Assembly: GCA_017499595.2 (NCBI GenBank)
Contig: CM039002.1
Span: 3,596,001-3,660,000 of the forward strand
Origin: Psilocybe cubensis
Lineage: Eukaryota
DNA length: 64,000 nt
Direction: 5' to 3'
In this document: positions 58,664 to 64,000 of the stretch, one piece after another
Position numbering within the stretch: the first letter of the stretch is position 1
Layout: each line of letters starts with the position of its first letter
Position numbers and translations under genes: made by a program
Notes under the pieces: model-generated
Database searches by the model: none
Told to the model about the DNA's origin: nothing
The model's input: only the letters and a program-made list of their open reading frames with translations

Positions 58664-61600
58664 TCATCGGTTGTAAGATTTGGATATTCTGCCGAATTCT
58701 GGATGTTCCCTCTCTTGTGAGATTGAACGTCTATGAAGTATTATCTCGTTATCGCTTTCGATACTTATCTGTTCAGCAGCTTCAACTAGAGCAGAATGAT
58801 AAGTTTCATTAACGTTTTGAGTTTCGGGAACAACACCACCTTTTTCGGCAATGTCTTCATCCAGTTTACGAAAAACTGTTTTCTTCCACACATTTGCAAG
58901 GTCGAAAAGATTAGTATTGCGCTTTCGCGATACTATCCAACTACTTCCGAGTAGTCCTATCTTCCTCAAATCCGGTACGAACTCAGTTTCTCCGTCCACG
59001 AGGATCTGTGTGAACAGCTCCGGGCGAACATCATCGAGGTCGTGAACGTAATTTGGATCTGGTTTGATAAGGGGTCTGGACGAGTCTGCACTATACAGAC
59101 CTTTCTCGGCATGTTCATACCATGCCGACCAGTACTCGGTAACAGTTTTTCCAAGTTCAGCAGCTGAAAACCAATTCCATACCTGATCAAACCTGGTTTT
59201 AAGTACAAGAATGGATTCGTCGTGCTCTGCGACTCGTAAAGCAAATCGCTTTTCCCAACGTTCTTGTATATTCTTCTTACACCAAGACATGACTAGGTTT
59301 TCGGGATAACCGCGCATCAAATAGAGAGCGTTAAGGTCTCTAATTGCTCCGATGTAGATTTCCTTGGTACTACATAGCACGGCTAGCCTGGATAACTCTC
59401 CAATGTAGACGCCACGTTTGACGTCCAAAGGATGATGTGATACCCATGGAACTCGTTCTCGGTTGTTTCCTGTCTTGACAAATGGCTTCCAATGAAGTTT
59501 TCCAGACTCCTTGAATATGAAAGCATCGAGAAATTGACATCCCGACGAGGAAACAGCCCATTCGATAACACAACCATCGAACTTTATTGTTTCTTTAATA
59601 AGATTAAGTGCAAGTGCTTTGGACTCGGCGTAAACAATTGCGAAACAATCGTCGATGTACCTTCCATAGAAGGCCACGTTTGGGTGGTCTAAGATTTTTG
59701 ACTTTATTTCAAAATGGGCTCCAAAGAGGTTAGCAAGGTCCGGAGAATCCGCGACGCCCATTGCGAGGCCATTTTTTTGTCTAAAATATCTAGACCCATG
59801 TTGTGTTATCAATTGCGTATTGCCAATCTCGATAGCACGTTTAAAGATGCCCAATTTAACCAAGTTATTCTCTAACGAATTTGGCTTAATGTGGGCTAAT
59901 GTAGTGTTTTCTTCCGAAGTGTTGAGTAACCATTCCTCGTACATACTACAAACGATTTCGATGCACAAGTCCAACGGAATATTGGGATAGAAAGCAACTA
60001 CATCTCCAGTGACAAAATACCATTGTCTTTTGGAGTCTATACGCAATTGGCTTAATCTCGTAAAGAGATCCTTCGTTCCGTGAATGATTGAAGGAGTCGA
60101 TTTAATAATCGGCTTAAGCTCTTTTGATACAAACTTGGCTGCAGGATTAAATACTACAGAGTGACACGGAATTATGGGCCTAAATCCAGTAGGTTTCTTG
60201 TGGATTTTAGGTATACCATGAAATTGAGGATACTTGAACGATGATCCATCTTCCGGTACATTCGATAGAAAAAATCGAGACAACCCAAGTTCAAATAGAA
60301 ACAGATGTTCATCTTCGACGGTACGTGCAAGAGTTTGCATCTGAATCATTTTGCTCTTCATAACTTCTTGAGCAACTTCGAATTCTAACTCTTCGTAGTT
60401 GCGTTCATCTTCAAGAAGATTGAGCTCGTTCCTTAATATCCAGTCGCGTTCAGACACCGCGAGGCCAAGATTCTTATCTGTCATCGTAATAACATAGTTG
60501 TTATCGATAAGAAACTTTTGGATCTTGTCCCTTTTAGGAGAGAACGCGTGCTTTCGCATCTCCTTGAGGGCTTCTTCCGGGATACTTGCGATCGTTTTAA
60601 TAACGTACCGACGTCCCATTGAAAGGCCAAGTTCCATAAATTGCGGTAACATTGGAGGTTTCTCTTTCTTTTTAGAGCTTACTCCATAGTCTGGATCGAA
60701 GGGTTTATTCATGCCTTCCTTAAACAAAAAATAGATACGCCATCTTATTCTTCGTTGAAAATCATTCCATGCTTGCATGATCAGACTTTTAGAAGGCAGT
60801 GTAAAAAACATATAATTGAGTCCAAGAGATAAATCATTTGCTACATCAACAGGGACCGAAACACCAGGACTACAGTGTACACTAGATCTATACTGGCCAG
60901 CCAATAAGAATGAAATCGGGGTATTGAGGTGTACAAAAGAAACTGCGTCTGTTTTAGTCATGGTGAGTATATCGTCAGGAATAGAGTTGGGGAAGGCGGG
61001 TCTCACCGACGTAAATGATGCTACAGTAGACCGCGCGTCTAGGCTCTTGCCTTTCCCTTTCCCTTTGGATCGTTGTTCTTGACGGGAGCTCTCCCCTTCC
61101 CTTTCTTCTTGTTGTCGACCTTGTTGGAAGCCTTGGTTTGAGGCTTCCTCTGCAAAGGCGTCGACGACGACTTGGGTTTCGAAGGGCCAGCTTTTCTGGC
61201 CTGAGGTTGAGGAGCCTTGGACGAATTCGGGCCAGACAAAGTCTGGGTAATTAGAGTAATAATTAGTGTCCAGAATTATGGGTGAAGGGTTACGAAAACT
61301 TGCCTTCTTGCCCACAGATCCAAGGTTGAGCTTCTTGAGACGTGCATTCAAGCCCTTATCAATAAGGGATTGAATCGACGGACCTGGTTTGGTCGCGTCG
61401 GCCATCTCGACATCGGCTGTTGCCGCAGTCGTCCGCTTTTTCTCAATCTTAATTGCCAAGGCGCGGTGGCGCATGTTGACAATCTGTTTGATATGAGAAA
61501 AGATCGCCGGCAGTATAGTTTGCAGCGCACTGCATTCGGCTTTCTTTTGCGGAGACACTACCCACTCTGCTATACGTCGGACTCCCTTGTTGTCTGTAGA

Positions 61601-62197
61601 GAAAACAGGGAGCTTGTAGCTGGATTTGCGGTCATCGTAAGTTGCCTTAACGATGAGGGCAGCAGCTTCGTAGCAAGAGTTGAGCGCGCATTTATCATCC
61701 CAAAAGGCCAGCTCGTCCTTTTTCGCCTGAATGGCGCCGTCGTTAATCGTCTTTTGGAAGACGTCACGAGCGGTAGAGAACGTAGTGGAGACTCGAAGAG
61801 CCTCCGCTGACCCGGCATCCGCGAATTCCTTCGTGAGTTGGAACTCGGGCGCCTTCACCTTAAGGCGATTGGGCGTGTTGCCTGCGCTAACGGCAGATTC
61901 AAGGCGCTCGAGGCTAGCCTTGACTGTTTCCCTCTTGTCGCACCACGATGCGAGGTTGAGGAGAAACTCCCTGAGGGCAGCACGATAGTCAAAAAAGACG
62001 CAGTCTATGACTTGGTCAACGGAGCGGCACTCAGCTATTTTTTTGATGACCACAGTGGCCAGCTCGTCGATAAGAGCGTTATGGCGGCCTGCTTCATCGT
62101 TGACGCCGAAGACAGTGTTGTTGACGACGGCCTGGGTGAGTGCGTCCAGGGTAGGGGACATGGCACGAGAGAATGCAGCAGAGTATTGGGATGACAT
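58664..62197 (-). CDS. Penelope-like reverse transcriptase, 1177 aa
   Basis: Near-identical to 53523-57056; same GC-AG intron at 61243-61303 and alternative stop at 61039. Confidence 0.95.
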   Translation of the reverse strand: MSSQYSAAFSRAMSPTLDALTQAVVNNTVFGVNDEAGRHNALIDELATVVIKKIAECRSVDQVIDCVFFDYRAALREFLLNLASWCDKRETVKASLERLESAVSAGNTPNRLKVKAPEFQLTKEFADAGSAEALRVSTTFSTARDVFQKTINDGAIQAKKDELAFWDDKCALNSCYEAAALIVKATYDDRKSSYKLPVFSTDNKGVRRIAEWVVSPQKKAECSALQTILPAIFSHIKQIVNMRHRALAIKIEKKRTTAATADVEMADATKPGPSIQSLIDKGLNARLKKLNLGSVGKKASFRNPSPIILDTNYYSNYPDFVWPEFVQGSSTSGQKSWPFETQVVVDAFAEEASNQGFQQGRQQEEREGESSRQEQRSKGKGKGKSLDARSTVASFTSVRPAFPNSIPDDILTMTKTDAVSFVHLNTPISFLLAGQYRSSVHCSPGVSVPVDVANDLSLGLNYMFFTLPSKSLIMQAWNDFQRRIRWRIYFLFKEGMNKPFDPDYGVSSKKKEKPPMLPQFMELGLSMGRRYVIKTIASIPEEALKEMRKHAFSPKRDKIQKFLIDNNYVITMTDKNLGLAVSERDWILRNELNLLEDERNYEELEFEVAQEVMKSKMIQMQTLARTVEDEHLFLFELGLSRFFLSNVPEDGSSFKYPQFHGIPKIHKKPTGFRPIIPCHSVVFNPAAKFVSKELKPIIKSTPSIIHGTKDLFTRLSQLRIDSKRQWYFVTGDVVAFYPNIPLDLCIEIVCSMYEEWLLNTSEENTTLAHIKPNSLENNLVKLGIFKRAIEIGNTQLITQHGSRYFRQKNGLAMGVADSPDLANLFGAHFEIKSKILDHPNVAFYGRYIDDCFAIVYAESKALALNLIKETIKFDGCVIEWAVSSSGCQFLDAFIFKESGKLHWKPFVKTGNNRERVPWVSHHPLDVKRGVYIGELSRLAVLCSTKEIYIGAIRDLNALYLMRGYPENLVMSWCKKNIQERWEKRFALRVAEHDESILVLKTRFDQVWNWFSAAELGKTVTEYWSAWYEHAEKGLYSADSSRPLIKPDPNYVHDLDDVRPELFTQILVDGETEFVPDLRKIGLLGSSWIVSRKRNTNLFDLANVWKKTVFRKLDEDIAEKGGVVPETQNVNETYHSALVEAAEQISIESDNEIILHRRSISQEREHPEFGRISKSYNR

Positions 62198-62305
62198 GGT
62201 AACTGATGGGTGATAGCAAAGTCGTTGGGTTTAGGGGGGGAGCGAGCACCGAGCGAAGCGAGGTGCGAGCGACTAGTTTAAACTGTGAGTTTGAAATAGA
62301 AAGAA

Positions 62306-62370
62306 GGCCAGAGGGCTGTTTGGGGGTACAAACGGCCAGCCCTTTCGTCTTTATAGACTCTTCAGTGGCT
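62306..62370 (-). ncRNA. Type I hammerhead ribozyme, variant B
   Basis: Identical to 57882-57946. Confidence 0.9.
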
Positions 62371-63017
62371 ATTCTTAGAAGGAATGTTCTGGAACATCCG
62401 ATGACAGCGCGTGAAGTGATGCTGCGCAGCTGTCATGTATCTTACCGACTATCACAAATCTGTCAATGTTTATTGTCAAGTTAGACAGGTCTCTGATGAA
62501 CAGAGTGTCACGGGTCAATGTGGCACATGGTAACCTGTCAAAAGTGGATCCAACACTTTTGTTCTTTGACATCGTGGGTTATTGACTGTGATGTGAATCA
62601 CATGGATATAGATTACTCTGGTTACGTGGCTCCGAGTAACCGCGACATGGGAATATTCACATGTCTAGAGTATAAATAGCTTACCTGGGTCCTTACCTAA
62701 CAATCAAAAAATAGAATGATTGATTGTTGTGAATCTTAATTGGACAATTCATGATCCGGTCCATCAAAAATGTTTCCACGGTACTAAGGAACTTTTCCCG
62801 AAGTACTAAGTAACTTTTCCCATGTACTAAATTAGATCCGGCCCTTCACAATCACATGCCGTTCGGAAGTTCACACGCCTACCTTATTTCCTACTAAGGT
62901 TAGACTTAGTTAGCTTAGGGTTGGGGTTAGGTTAGGGCTTAGGGTTTAGGGGGGGAGCGAGCACCGAGCGAAGCGAGGTGCGAGCGACTAGTTTAAACTG
63001 GGAGTTAAATGGAAAGT

Positions 63018-63082
63018 AGCCAGAGGGCTGTTGATTGTTATCAGCAGCCAGCCCTTTCGTCTTTATAGACTCTTCAGTGGCT
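63018..63082 (-). ncRNA. Type I hammerhead ribozyme, variant C
   Basis: Same catalytic core; stem III extension UGAU-AACA-AUCA. Confidence 0.9.
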
Positions 63083-63799
63083 ATTCTTAGAAGGAATGTT
63101 CTGGAACATCCGATGACAGCGCGTGAAGTGATGCTGCGCAGCTGTCATGTATCTTACCGACTATCACAAATCTGTCAATGTTTATTGTCAAGTTAGACAG
63201 ATCTCTGATGAACAGAGTGTCACGGGTCAATGTGGCATATGGTAACCTGTCAAAAGTGGATCCAACACTTTTGTTCTTTGACATCGTGGGTTATTGACTG
63301 TGATGTGAATCACATGGATATAGAAAACTCTGGTTACGTGGCTCCGAGTAACCGCGACATGGGAATATTCACATGTCTAGAGTATAAATAGCTTACCTGG
63401 GTCCTTACCTAACAATCAAACAATAGACTGATTGATTGTTGTGAATCTTAATTGGACAGTTCATGATCTGGTCCATCAAAAATGTTTCCACGGTACTAAG
63501 GAACTTTTCCCGAAGTACTAAGTAACTTTTCCCATGTACTAAATTAGATCCGGCCCTTCACAATCACATGCCGTTCGGAAGTTCACACGCCTACCTTACT
63601 TCCTACTAAGGTTAGACTTAGTTAGCTTAGGGTTGGGGTTAGGTTAGGGCTTAGGGTTTAGGGTTTAGGGTTTAGGTTTAGGTTTAGCTATTCAATCCAA
63701 TGTGTTGCTTGTAAGTAGATGTTTGTTACTTTATAGCAAGGAATACTTACGGTTAGGGTTTTTTTCTAATGCTTTACGCCTTAAGCGCTAGTATTCTTT

Positions 63800-64000
63800 T
63801 CATCGGTTGTAAGATTTGGATATTCTGCCAAATTCTGGATGTTCCCTCTCTTGTGAGATTGAACGTCTATGAAGTATTATCTCGTTATCACTTTCGATAC
63901 TTATCTGCTCAGCAGCTTCAACTAAAGCAGAATGATAAGTTTCATTAACGTTTTGAGTTTCGGGAACAACACCACCTTTTTCAGCGATGTCTTCATCCAG
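63800..64000 (-). CDS. C-terminal part of a third PLE RT ORF (partial)
   Basis: LDEDIAEKGG...EFGRISKSYNR*, as in copies A and B. Confidence 0.9.
   Translation of the reverse strand: MDEDIAEKGGVVPETQNVNETYHSALVEAAEQISIESDNEIILHRRSISQEREHPEFGRISKSYNR

Larger units (their letters stand above)
57810..62948 (-). mobile_element. Coprina-type element copy B: pLTR-ORF-pLTR
   Basis: pLTRs at 57810-58524 and 62234-62948 share variant-B diagnostic bases. Confidence 0.93.
62949..64000 (-). mobile_element. Coprina-type element copy C (runs off the window)
   Basis: pLTR, telomeric tract, 3' UTR and the RT C-terminus. Confidence 0.9.

Overview
Subtelomeric 64 kb of a basidiomycete (Agaricomycete-type) chromosome, judged from short GT-AG introns and recognisable gene families. 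It has four zones. (1) 1-25.2 kb is mostly a graveyard of intron-containing gene fragments, nearly all on the minus strand (PHO88/SND3, SAC3/GANP, NRPS-like reductase, LINE piece, ABC ATPase, fungal TF domain), plus one + strand membrane-protein gene. (2) 25.3-52.0 kb holds 2-7 kb gene modules (two RING-finger paralogs, coiled-coil proteins, an HMG-box protein, orphans). They are separated by six same-orientation copies of a ~110-bp hairpin-containing repeat that is much better conserved than the genes between them, making this a candidate gene-cassette array. (3) A young, intact Ty3/gypsy chromovirus (26272-32666; apparently identical 450-bp LTRs, 5-bp TSD) sits inside one RING gene. It has a Tf1-type self-priming site, and I found no CpG in its 6.4 kb. 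(4) From ~52.66 kb to the window end, a (TTTAGGG)n seed cuts off an ORF and is followed by a head-to-tail array of endonuclease-lacking Penelope-like (Coprina-type) telomeric retroelements. Each pseudo-LTR carries a type I hammerhead ribozyme and a GCGAAGC/tandem-GA DNA hairpin. Each full ORF carries a GC-AG intron whose splicing or retention would switch between a short basic ORF1 protein and the full RT fusion. All calls were made by eye, without database searches.
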